A stretch of 59,234 bases of DNA, the filler included. It is 6 parts of 6 records of this genome, joined end to end, with 100 filler letters (N's around TTAATTAATTAA, not from the genome) between each part and the next. Parts side by side here need not be neighbours in the genome. Positions count along the whole stretch, not along the records: positions 47,720 to 59,234 come from SRR31156797_33044; 5 more parts are not named here. One strand, 5' to 3'. This document shows positions 51,401 to 59,234 of this stretch, piece by piece (position 1 is the stretch's first letter; every line of letters starts with the position of its first letter). The translations under genes were made by a program, and so were the position numbers. The notes below the pieces were generated by a model. That model saw only the letters and a list, made by a program, of their open reading frames with translations. It was not told the DNA's origin and searched no databases.

Positions 51401-52013
51401 TTAATGATGTTGCATACCACGGTAACCATAAGACAGGTACTTTTCCAAAATAAAGCAGGTTATTATATGAAACAACTTTATCCCCCGGATAAACATTTAT
51501 TTTTTTTGCCTTCATATGGTATGGCAAAATCTCTTCCGGTTTTTGCGATACCTTGTTTATTTTAAGTGCTCTATGCGAGGTTGAGAACCATCCATTTTTT
51601 ATACTTGCCTGATCAGGAAATTGAGCCATAAACTCTTCCCCACCATAATATAGTCTATTGTGTCTCTCAGGGGCATCTTCAACAAGTACATACGAAACAG
51701 CATTATTCATCTTCGCTTCTTCATAATCTAAATTTAATATAAGTCTCTCAGCTTCAACCTTATTTTCCTCTTTTTGAAATATAACATCTTCGTCAGCCTT
51801 TACAACATTCATTCCCTCAAACTTTTTTAGTTGATATGCCTTAAGATCAATATCATTATATTTAAATTGAATTCCGCCTTCAGCCTTAAACTCATTACTA
51901 TTAAAATCTATTACAGCTTCTTTAGTCGCTATATCTAACTTACTACTCTCTTCCGAATATACAGGATATATATATATTATAAAAAACAATACAACTATTA
52001 TTTTTTTTGCCAT
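48498..52013 (-). CDS. Large LptD-like outer-membrane LPS-assembly protein (1171 aa)
   Basis: Signal peptide, OstA-like jellyroll N-terminus, YH..AK.I..YP......N.....G..PV.W.P.Y...L....P.FP.FG....YG motif, and a Tyr-rich alternating beta-barrel C-terminus. Confidence 0.7.
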   Translation of the reverse strand: MAKKIIVVLFFIIYIYPVYSEESSKLDIATKEAVIDFNSNEFKAEGGIQFKYNDIDLKAYQLKKFEGMNVVKADEDVIFQKEENKVEAERLILNLDYEEAKMNNAVSYVLVEDAPERHNRLYYGGEEFMAQFPDQASIKNGWFSTSHRALKINKVSQKPEEILPYHMKAKKINVYPGDKVVSYNNLLYFGKVPVLWLPWYATSLKAETQAPLFPKFGSDTKYGSYIIWGFDYGRNNNYLNGSFALRKSSKRGFYIEQWDNVYKVKGNESNSGKLSLSETLLLPSGDYEEQWKFEHTHEYEGEKGKVNWEYQNQTINTINSVEEDQDEAEDEDEDDPYENYEQKLMRYQLETDLKQLGPEEDIALYGKIQYVNNEEVLKEIINSTSEEVLDDYEDAEVDNELETNIKLTKDNRAYKVMLHYDEYEDLDPGSTTEDTKSFKSQREYQVELKKYKLDMYYNNEEQDQWRTLSSSERESDGVKLKELTGDVYNPFTIAKYDVKRETERRVTLGDYSIKEEYKLTLEYDTQTYYEKLNRDDDPFRTDEAYERDREYNRTVDIIEKSTEDTYYDIELSYKTRSAALRLGTYIEEYKDRDDYEETGYDEFKNDSKYRTLELQDTKINLYKLGDLNAKYKLRQDVFAEEDELREHNFVFVFSKELYDNTWDFYREADIKLKNEFGYETLFYNYLANNRSFPDSDDQYIENKNDSKYYRLESKKEERFYEDTVTLDLGNTVTAYNIDMKYYYDAYDTSWKTDEDFENSIDFKVDDERTIYTLYSINNDFQSDGYNNKRVDNWKLTLADAGKEFTYSNSRTVSKVRKSEVDSTENYSERITTYPYLRYEDTNKKDSFAYGFGEKNVKWWALDYTVETNQQYDYYNTSGTALNEYSDDNIKKSYGLGYIFGEENVKAHKVDLDYADYSDSINTKYSYYQYTAEYSYVDNKASEEEKKEEVVYEDSTGEFQVVLTQEEEAELERRFTELNQRTLGNDFNLMGLGEISDDTIYKEYYRVYATAKVDKDYMEEEGMGEAYEELKVRSEFHKERTKVTYEYTEESDITEETDGSHTKEVESKTHEFTFLTKFGKLDHAWKLGGSVKFESYIENPVTERQLDNWSLDIGKEFEYAEWTLGYEVDWSSTYTRYDYVVSFSVNLLTFPEKTFGFKKESDEEEIEFAAGM

Positions 52014-52138
52014 ACTAATTTTGCCTCCAAGTTCTTAGAATATATGTTTTTACTGTCATTTTTCAACTCTATCATTATATCATAGTTCTCTGAAATATAA
52101 ATAAGAAAAATTCACTCTTATAAAATAATTATCATATC

Positions 52139-52170
52139 AAAAGAAGCCTTCAATAAACTACGAAGGCTTC
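52139..52170 (-). terminator. Terminator after the O-antigen ligase gene
   Basis: GAAGCCTTC...GAAGGCTTC inverted repeat with TTTT on the minus strand. Confidence 0.6.
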
Positions 52171-52177
52171 AATAAAT

Positions 52178-53452
52178 TTAAACATTCTTATTTTCATTTA
52201 GTTTTTCATCATTATTAAGTTCTTCAATTAAAACATAGGAACCTGATAAAATAATTGTTAATGGAACCATAATATATGTTTCCTTTAAAGTGTTCGTAAA
52301 GACACTTTGAACACATATCACTAAAAGAGACCCTAAGGACGCTAAAAGATACGCTCGTTTTTCTCTTGATATTTTTGCAGAATACTTTCTTATAGCAACT
52401 ACCAAGCCATAGATCATTATTCCAAAATATAATAAAGTTGTTAAAAACGCAGGTAATCCTGCAGACATGAAAATTCTTAGATAGTAATTATGAGGTTCTA
52501 CATATTTTTTTATTTTATCGTCATAGTGTTTACTTTTAGACTTAAATTCATTATAGTTGTCAAATCCTATTCCATTAATTGGATGCTGAATTCCTAAGTC
52601 GATAGCTACTTTCCACATTTGAATACGATGTGTATTACTGGCATTTGTTTTTGTATCTAAAATAGTTTTCACTCTAGTTTCAAACCTACTTATATATTTA
52701 TTATTCAAATACTCTTTATTTATATTAGTAAATATAAATATCCCAAGCATCGAAATTAAAATCACTATAAACATTTTTCTAAAATTATAAAAAATACCAC
52801 TCACAATCAATGAAACAATTAATCCTACTTGCACACTTCTTGAACCATTTAGTAAAAAACTAAACATTGTTAAACATGCTACAACTAAGTAAAGTATTCT
52901 TACTTTTTTTTTAGTAATTAAAAAGTACACTATACCAAAAATTAACAGTATAGAAACTTGCCCTGCATACATAACAACTAACCTAGGCCAATTATCAGAG
53001 ATAAAATCAAAGCCATATATTCGCCCGAGATTTATTCTACGAGTTTTTAAATTATAAAATGAGTAGATAACTGACATAAATTGTCCACATAAAAAACTAT
53101 AAGAGATTTTTTTTACATTGTTAAATTTCAAATTCCAAAATTTTATAATTAAAAATACCAAATAATAATCAAAAAAATTTCTAAACCACCAAATCTTAGG
53201 TGCAGTACCATTATCTATATATGATAACAGAAGAAATAATATATGAAGTCCAAAAAAGAAATTAATTTTATTTTTAAACCTCGCTACACTTTTTTCCTTT
53301 ATCATTTTATAAATAGTAATTAATAATAATAGATAAAATGAAATCCCAGAAACATTTTCATGTAACATTAATCCAAAAGCCATTAGTACCATTAAAAATA
53401 ATACTATTTCTTTTTCCTTTATTTGTTTTATTTTTCCAAGTAGTAACGTCAT
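52178..53452 (-). CDS. O-antigen ligase / Wzy_C family protein
   Basis: Multi-TM, L.GSR, SN..R..MW......P..GIG..N, HN.YL......G. Confidence 0.88.
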   Translation of the reverse strand: MTLLLGKIKQIKEKEIVLFLMVLMAFGLMLHENVSGISFYLLLLITIYKMIKEKSVARFKNKINFFFGLHILFLLLSYIDNGTAPKIWWFRNFFDYYLVFLIIKFWNLKFNNVKKISYSFLCGQFMSVIYSFYNLKTRRINLGRIYGFDFISDNWPRLVVMYAGQVSILLIFGIVYFLITKKKVRILYLVVACLTMFSFLLNGSRSVQVGLIVSLIVSGIFYNFRKMFIVILISMLGIFIFTNINKEYLNNKYISRFETRVKTILDTKTNASNTHRIQMWKVAIDLGIQHPINGIGFDNYNEFKSKSKHYDDKIKKYVEPHNYYLRIFMSAGLPAFLTTLLYFGIMIYGLVVAIRKYSAKISREKRAYLLASLGSLLVICVQSVFTNTLKETYIMVPLTIILSGSYVLIEELNNDEKLNENKNV

Positions 53453-53479
53453 AAATATTTTGACCGATTTTGCTTAAAA

Positions 53480-54559
53480 TCAGTTTCCCCCTTCATCCCC
53501 ATTATTTTTTAACACATCATTCAAAATAGTTTTATATTTTATATTCTCGTTTTGAATTCTATCTGAAAATTCTTGCTGATTTTGCTCAAAATCAATAAGT
53601 GCAAATCTTTTTTCTTTATTATATATTGATTCAAGTATTAATTTACTAACCTCAGGATTAAAATGAACTACGTCTTTATAGTTATTTAGCTCTTCTGTAA
53701 CTATAAAATTTTCTTGAAAATCATAAATTTCCACATTAGAGTATTCAGCTAATTTCATTTTTACTTCTGATTTAAAATTAAGCAACTTTTCCATTTCATT
53801 ATATTTATCTGATATACTCCAAAATAATGAAGCATATGGTGGAAAAAAGATTTTAAACTGTTTTTCTGAATTATCACTTATTATTTCAAGTAATTTATTA
53901 AGGTTTTGATACAAGTTTTCTTCATTATACCCTTTTCTAAATCCCTTTGCAACAGCAATATTTTGTGCTCCCCATTGAGACGAGTTATTAAATGTTAAAG
54001 TATTTTCACGAGAATAAACGAAGGAATCTCCCCAATATCCCAGTTTATTTCTCCAAATTGGATCTGATCCATTTTTAATCGATTGTGTTAGTTTATTTAA
54101 TGTTGCTTGATTAAATATATAATTTAGATTACTTAATAGCGTTTTTTTATACAAATAGCTTTGCAAAGGCTTTCTTGCTTCAGTCACTCCTCGCGCATAA
54201 CTAAAATAATCTAAACCATAGATTACTGTATTTACATTACCGTTCTCCACTACTAATTTCATTAATTCTCTTTGCTCATAAGCTGTAGATCCGGAAAGAC
54301 TCAAATTAATAGCTTTCTCTCTTGTTAAGTCTTCTATATCGCTTTTAAGTATATTTTGAGATGTAGAAGTTCCAATCACAGCTATATTGTATTCATAATT
54401 TTTTGCTATTCCTGGATAAAGTAGCCTTCCACTTCCTCCTCCATAATCTGTATTTCTTAATTGCTGTAATGGATCATAATAAAAAACTATTACAGAGTAT
54501 AATAACATTACTCCTAAAATTGAAAAAATACTTTTATAAAAATATGCTTTATTTCCCAT
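53480..54559 (-). CDS. Membrane-anchored SGNH-like (DltD/AlgJ-type) partner of the MBOAT
   Basis: One N-terminal TM, DP motif, block I IGTS, NLS..G and block V YKDVVHF (DxxH). Confidence 0.7.
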   Translation of the reverse strand: MGNKAYFYKSIFSILGVMLLYSVIVFYYDPLQQLRNTDYGGGSGRLLYPGIAKNYEYNIAVIGTSTSQNILKSDIEDLTREKAINLSLSGSTAYEQRELMKLVVENGNVNTVIYGLDYFSYARGVTEARKPLQSYLYKKTLLSNLNYIFNQATLNKLTQSIKNGSDPIWRNKLGYWGDSFVYSRENTLTFNNSSQWGAQNIAVAKGFRKGYNEENLYQNLNKLLEIISDNSEKQFKIFFPPYASLFWSISDKYNEMEKLLNFKSEVKMKLAEYSNVEIYDFQENFIVTEELNNYKDVVHFNPEVSKLILESIYNKEKRFALIDFEQNQQEFSDRIQNENIKYKTILNDVLKNNGDEGGN

Positions 54560-54566
54560 TTTTCTC

Positions 54567-55988
54567 CTAAAAATTAAAATATAAAAATTCTACGACTCTA
54601 TTTAAAAACAATAAGCTTCCAAAGAAATATATAAATTTCTCAACAATAGTACTATTTTTTAACTTTAAGTTATCTGCTCTTTCTACGCTATTTTTAGCAA
54701 ATACAATAATTGCATAAGATATTATCAGAACTATCATTATCATCTCAAACCCCAGTGCAGAGTCAACAGCCTCTTTAAAATCATTTGTAATAAATCTATT
54801 AATAGAATTAATATCAAATAAAGAGGTCGTAATATTAATTGCTCCTTTTAAAGTTTTAGCTCTAAAGAATATCCAAAAAATATTAACGAAAGTAAACGTT
54901 AGTAGCCATGCAACTGTTTTATTTAATTGATTTCCACTTTTCTTCCACACTCTATGTAGTAAAATGCTCACACCATGAAGACATCCCCAGATAATAAATG
55001 TCCAGCCTGCTCCATGCCATATTCCACTACCTAGAAACACAATTATCATATTTCTATATGTTTTTAAATCACCTTCTTTATTTCCTCCTAATGGAATATA
55101 CAAATAATTTGTAAAAAACCTTCCTAATGTAATGTGCCATCGCTTCCAGAATTCTTGGATATTTTTTGCCTTATACGGAGAGTGAAAATTTTGTGGAAGT
55201 ACTATATTAAACATAAGCGCAATCCCCATTGCCATATCACAATAACCGCTAAAGTCAAAATATAATTGGGAGGTATAGGAAAGTGATGTTATCCACGCTT
55301 CAAGAAATGTAAGAGAAGCTACTCTATTAAAGCCAGTATCTACAAAATTTGAAAGCGAATCAGCTATTAATACTTTTTTTGCTAACCCTATCGAGAAAAG
55401 AAAATAAGCTTTATTAAAATTAGCATAATTAAACTTTTTATTTTTTTTACTTTCAAATTGAGTTAACATTTCACAAGGAAGTACTATAGGTCCAGCAATT
55501 AATTGAGGAAAAAAAGTAACGAATAAGCTGTAACTCAAGAAGTCATATTTTAAACTCCTATTATAATAACTATCTATTACGAAAGATAGTTGCTGAAAAG
55601 TAAAAAACGATATTCCTAAGGGCAAAAGGAGTTTTAATAATCTAAGTTCCATTCTAAACATAAAATTAATATTTAAAATAAAAAAATCATAATATTTAAA
55701 ATAAAACAAAGCTCCTATATTTAACACTACTGCTAAAAATAATAGTAGACGTCGCTTTACTCCTATTAACTCTTTATTATGAAAAACATTCCCAAACGCA
55801 TAATTTATTAATATAGAAGTTACTATTAATAGCAAATATAACTTATTAAAATAAGAATAAAAGTATAACGACGCTATCACAAGCCAAGTTTTTGCTATTT
55901 TATCACTAAGTAAATTGGCTATCAAAAAGTAAAATACTAGTGTTATTGGTAAAAATAAAAATATAAACTCAAACGAATTAAATAACAT
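54567..55988 (-). CDS. MBOAT O-acyltransferase (AlgI/DltB/PatA-like)
   Basis: MLFNS..F, LPLGISFFTFQ, FFPQL.AGPI, KK..IAD, YFDFSGY.DMA, FW.RWH..L, Y.Y.PLGG, G.WHGA, C-terminal FLYFNF. Confidence 0.96.
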   Translation of the reverse strand: MLFNSFEFIFLFLPITLVFYFLIANLLSDKIAKTWLVIASLYFYSYFNKLYLLLIVTSILINYAFGNVFHNKELIGVKRRLLLFLAVVLNIGALFYFKYYDFFILNINFMFRMELRLLKLLLPLGISFFTFQQLSFVIDSYYNRSLKYDFLSYSLFVTFFPQLIAGPIVLPCEMLTQFESKKNKKFNYANFNKAYFLFSIGLAKKVLIADSLSNFVDTGFNRVASLTFLEAWITSLSYTSQLYFDFSGYCDMAMGIALMFNIVLPQNFHSPYKAKNIQEFWKRWHITLGRFFTNYLYIPLGGNKEGDLKTYRNMIIVFLGSGIWHGAGWTFIIWGCLHGVSILLHRVWKKSGNQLNKTVAWLLTFTFVNIFWIFFRAKTLKGAINITTSLFDINSINRFITNDFKEAVDSALGFEMIMIVLIISYAIIVFAKNSVERADNLKLKNSTIVEKFIYFFGSLLFLNRVVEFLYFNF

Positions 55989-56067
55989 AATTTCCTCATC
56001 TCTATTTTAAAGCTTTTAAGTCATATGCCTTCGACACACTCCTGTTTTTTCACATAATTCTGTTGTC

Positions 56068-56096
56068 ATTATAACAAGTTTACTAACATATTTCAA
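56068..56096 (-). promoter_or_regulatory. sigma70 promoter for the MBOAT operon
   Basis: TTGAAA, 17-bp spacer, TATAAT on the minus strand. Confidence 0.65.
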
Positions 56097-56114
56097 TTTT
56101 TAATAGTATTTAAT

Positions 56115-56149
56115 AAAAAAAGCAACCCCCTCGTAAGGATGTTGCTTTT
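56115..56149 (-). terminator. Terminator after trxA
   Basis: AAAAGCAAC...GTTGC followed by a T-run on the minus strand. Confidence 0.75.
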
Positions 56150-56158
56150 CAATGACTT

Positions 56159-56479
56159 TTATAAATACTGCTCTAATTTTTCTTTTAATACATCTTTTTG
56201 TTGAAGGCCGATCATTGTATCAACTTTCTCACCATCTTTAAATACAATTAAAGTTGGGATACTTCTGATTCCATATTCTCCAGCTAAATCCTGAGCTTCA
56301 TCTACATTTACTTTTGTAATTTTAGCTTTACCCATCTCTTCTGATAATTCATCAAGAATAGGACCAATCATTTTACATGGACCACACCAAGCTGCCCAAA
56401 AATCAACTAAAACTACTCCTTTTGATTCTATTACCTCTTGCTTAAAGTTAGTATTATCTAAGTGTACAACTTTACTCAT
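56159..56479 (-). CDS. trxA: Thioredoxin
   Basis: VDFWAAWCGPCK, SIPTL..FK.G. Confidence 0.97.
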   Translation of the reverse strand: MSKVVHLDNTNFKQEVIESKGVVLVDFWAAWCGPCKMIGPILDELSEEMGKAKITKVNVDEAQDLAGEYGIRSIPTLIVFKDGEKVDTMIGLQQKDVLKEKLEQYL

Positions 56480-56511
56480 AAAAACCCCTCCAATTCATTT
56501 TTTACAATTTT

Positions 56512-56540
56512 AGTCTAGCATATTATTCTGAAAAAGTCAA
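56512..56540 (-). promoter_or_regulatory. Candidate sigma70 promoter for trxA
   Basis: TTGACT, 17-bp spacer, TAGACT on the minus strand. Confidence 0.5.
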
Positions 56541-56581
56541 CTTGTTGTCTTTTTCATACTTTTCGCACAGTCGATAATTAG

Positions 56582-56866
56582 CTAATTCTTCGCTCTTCTT
56601 ACATAACTCAGTAAATAAAAACTTTCTTCCAAAAAATCGTCAGAACAAACTTCAAGATTTTTCTCCAAAAGTCTTATTTTCTGTCTTAACATATTAAGTT
56701 TTTTTATAACATCCTCTTGCTCAATTTCATTTATTAATTCATCAATTCTTATCTTTAAGCATTTCACCAATTCAGGATTATTTCTTTCTTCGTGAATTGC
56801 TTTTAAAAATTCTGAAATATCCTCTACATTACTTCTATATTTTTCAGGAATTTGCTGCATTAACAT
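56582..56866 (-). CDS. Hypothetical helical protein
   Basis: 94-aa ORF with a GGGAGG RBS and protein-like composition. No motif recognised. Confidence 0.6.
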   Translation of the reverse strand: MLMQQIPEKYRSNVEDISEFLKAIHEERNNPELVKCLKIRIDELINEIEQEDVIKKLNMLRQKIRLLEKNLEVCSDDFLEESFYLLSYVRRAKN

Positions 56867-57071
56867 TCCTCCCTAATAATAAAATTTCTCTGCCCTATAG
56901 TATACCATCTTTTTTTTATAATTTACAATTTTATTTGTTTTTATACTTGAATTTTTTTTGTTATTCCCATATAATAAAACAAGTATAATTGTTGAGCTTA
57001 AAAGTAAACTTTAGTGATTGTATAAAGAATATCTTTGAGTTTAATTAAAAACTCTATTAGGAGGACAAAAG

Positions 57072-57788
57072 TTGGAAAAACAATTTCAAAGAGAAGCACT
57101 TCTGCTTGGTGAAGAAGGGGTTAAAAAACTTCAAAACTCATCTGTAATACTTTTTGGTTTAGGAGGAGTTGGTGGTTTTACCGCTGAAGCTTTAGTCAGA
57201 GCCGGAATTGGTAATTTAAGTGTTGTTGATTTCGATACAGTAGATATCACTAACTTAAACAGGCAAATTATCGCAACACATAGTTCAATAGGAAAAGATA
57301 AAACTGAACTTATTAAAGAAAGAGCTCTTTCAATAAATCCAAATATAAATATAACTACTTATAAGGAAAAGTTTGTAAAGGAGAACGCTGATCTTTTTTT
57401 TACAGATAAAAAATATGACTATGTTATTGATGCCATTGATATAGTTACATCAAAACTTGATTTGATAGAAAGAGCTAAACAAGATGGAATCTCTGTAATT
57501 TCATCGATGGGAACTGGTAATAAACTTAACCCAGCTATGTTTGAAGTAGCCGACATTTCCAAAACAACGGTTTGCCCTCTTGCAAAAGTTATGAGAAGAG
57601 AGTTGAAAAATAGAAGAATTAGGAAAGTCAAAGTTGTATACTCAAAAGAGCTTCCTAAAAAACCTGAAAATTTAGATGCTTCAAGAGAAAAACAAGTAAA
57701 TGTAGGAAGTATCTCTTTCGTTCCGTCTGTTGCAGGACTTATTATAGCATCTGAAGTAATTAAAGATATTGTTAAAATCAGTGATTAA
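57072..57788 (+). CDS. tcdA: tRNA threonylcarbamoyladenosine dehydratase (ThiF family)
   Basis: GLGGVG, D.D.V..TN.NRQ, DAID...K, SSMG.GNK, DI.KT..CPLA...R..L, GS...VP...G. TTG start after AGGAGG. Confidence 0.9.
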   Translation: MEKQFQREALLLGEEGVKKLQNSSVILFGLGGVGGFTAEALVRAGIGNLSVVDFDTVDITNLNRQIIATHSSIGKDKTELIKERALSINPNINITTYKEKFVKENADLFFTDKKYDYVIDAIDIVTSKLDLIERAKQDGISVISSMGTGNKLNPAMFEVADISKTTVCPLAKVMRRELKNRRIRKVKVVYSKELPKKPENLDASREKQVNVGSISFVPSVAGLIIASEVIKDIVKISD

Positions 57789-57900
57789 TTAATAAGGAAT
57801 AGTGAATAACCTAAAAAAGCAAAGATGTGAGCATGTAAATAGCTTAAACTGCATATAACTCAATTCGCTTTACTATAATCAGAGCTTTCAAAAAAGTTTT

Positions 57901-57933
57901 AAATCAGGGCATACGAATGTACGCCCTGATTTT
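57901..57933. terminator. Terminator between the convergent tcdA and proS genes
   Basis: AAATCAGGGC...GCCCTGATTT inverted repeat. Confidence 0.75.
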
Positions 57934-57934
57934 A

Positions 57935-59233
57935 TTATAAACCTAAAATTAATTCTTCAACAAGTTCCAAAGCATCTTCTGCTTTTACTTCTTTTACTTC
58001 TCCTGTTTTTCTTACTTTTATTTCAACTATTCCCTCTTCTGCTTTTTTACCAACTACAACTTTTATTGGAAATCCTATTAGATCTGCATCTTTAAATTTA
58101 AATCCTGCTCTCTCTTTTCTATCATCAATTATTGTATCCATTCCGTTATCACTAAACTCAACATATAATCTCTCTGCCAGCTCTCTCTGAGCATCATTTT
58201 TAACATTAGCAGGAATTATATCTACAACATATGGAGCTAATGCTACCGGCCAAATAATTCCATAATCATCATTATTTTGCTCAATTGCTGATGCCATTGT
58301 TCTAGATACTCCAATTCCATAACATCCCATAGTCATAGTTTGAAGTTTTCCATTTGAATCAAGAAAGTCAGCTTTAAGTTTTTCTGAATAAGTAGTCCCT
58401 AATTTAAATATATGTCCTACTTCAATTCCTTTTGCTATTTTAAGAGTTCCACCACATTTCGGACATTTTTCTCCTTCTTTTACAAGTCTAATGTCTCCAA
58501 AAGTATGAATAGTTAAATCTCTATCAATATTAACATTTGTATAGTGTTTATCTTTTTGATTTGCTCCTGCAGAAGCATTTAGCATAGGTCTAATAGTTTC
58601 GTCAGCAATTACAGTTATTCTTTCATCAAGTTCTCCAACAGCTGCACAGAAGCCTTTAATAAGTCCTAATTTTTCAAACTCTTTTTTCTCTATTAAATCT
58701 AATTCAACAGGCGTTCCTGCAACATTTTTTAGTTTAATCTCATTAACTTGATAATCTCCTCTGATTAAAGCCATAAAATACTTTGGTTCTTCATCTTTAT
58801 CTTCAGTAAGTTTATATTTAAACATCATTGCTTTAATTGTTTGTTCTAAATCCTGATCTAAAAATTTTGCTACATCTTCAATTGATTCTGTATCAGGTGT
58901 ATCAACTAAAGTGAGTTCTTTTTCTTCTGTTTCATAATTGTAAGATTCTATATTTGACTCTGCTTTTTCTGAGTTCGCAGCATATTCGCAAGAATCACAG
59001 AATAGAATATCATCCTCCCCCGATTCAGCTAACACATGAAATTCATGAGTCACATCTCCACCAATTGAACCTGCATCAGCTTCAACTGCTCTAAAATCTA
59101 ACCCACATCTTTCGAATATTTTCTCATAAGCTTCTTTCATGTTTAGATATTCTCTATCTAAGTCCGCTCTTTCTGCGTGGAAGCTGTAAGCATCCTTCAT
59201 TGTAAATTCTCTACCTCTCATAAGTCCAAATCT
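57935..59233 (-). CDS. proS: Proline--tRNA ligase (5'-truncated by the window edge)
   Basis: [38 protein letters not shown], anticodon-binding DDR.ER.G.KF.DADLIG. Confidence 0.97.
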   Translation of the reverse strand, partial: RFGLMRGREFTMKDAYSFHAERADLDREYLNMKEAYEKIFERCGLDFRAVEADAGSIGGDVTHEFHVLAESGEDDILFCDSCEYAANSEKAESNIESYNYETEEKELTLVDTPDTESIEDVAKFLDQDLEQTIKAMMFKYKLTEDKDEEPKYFMALIRGDYQVNEIKLKNVAGTPVELDLIEKKEFEKLGLIKGFCAAVGELDERITVIADETIRPMLNASAGANQKDKHYTNVNIDRDLTIHTFGDIRLVKEGEKCPKCGGTLKIAKGIEVGHIFKLGTTYSEKLKADFLDSNGKLQTMTMGCYGIGVSRTMASAIEQNNDDYGIIWPVALAPYVVDIIPANVKNDAQRELAERLYVEFSDNGMDTIIDDRKERAGFKFKDADLIGFPIKVVVGKKAEEGIVEIKVRKTGEVKEVKAEDALELVEELILGL

Positions 59234-59234
59234 A

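Noticed and set aside
32026-59233. Apparent proS duplication
   Set aside because: The two copies lie on different contigs with very different composition.

Overview
The window is not one locus. It is six unrelated contigs joined by an artificial 100-bp spacer (44 N + TTAATTAATTAA + 44 N) at 19481-19580, 25246-25345, 34806-34905, 41599-41698 and 47620-47719, so synteny across spacers is meaningless. Taxonomic labels below are inferred from gene content and base composition only. Contig 1 (1-19480, Desulfobulbales-like) has an IS remnant, an HDOD gene, a frameshifted GGDEF/EAL gene, LysR with a flavin oxidoreductase, ppk1, folD, recD2, a NifU-like gene, perR-katA, mce and a frameshifted DUF3089 gene. 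Contig 2 (19581-25245) has AraC, a YesN/YesM-like two-component pair and a carbohydrate ABC transporter. Contig 3 (25346-34805, Desulfovibrionaceae-like) has echCDEF, EamA, an MCP, ispG-proS and a lysE gene flanked by REP-like repeats. Contig 4 (34906-41598) has a TRAP transporter with a FadR regulator, an acidic hypothetical protein, a deleted ABC substrate-binding gene, TVP38 and an acyl-CoA dehydrogenase. Contig 5 (41699-47619) has a T6SS spike module (probable VgrG tail, DUF2169, pentapeptide, DUF3540, DUF4150) ordered like Burkholderia T6SS-5 vgrG-tagAB-tagB-tagC-tagD. Contig 6 (47720-59234, AT-rich, Fusobacteriota-like) has thrS, a very large LptD-like gene, an O-antigen ligase, an MBOAT/SGNH acylation pair, trxA, tcdA and proS. 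The most striking unannotated signal is upstream of thrS: a consensus sigma70 promoter, a 15-aa Thr-rich leader peptide (MFRKRIYTVTDTTLN), alternative hairpins and an intrinsic terminator. This fits a ribosome-mediated threonine attenuator rather than a T-box. No rRNA, tRNA or CRISPR array was seen.
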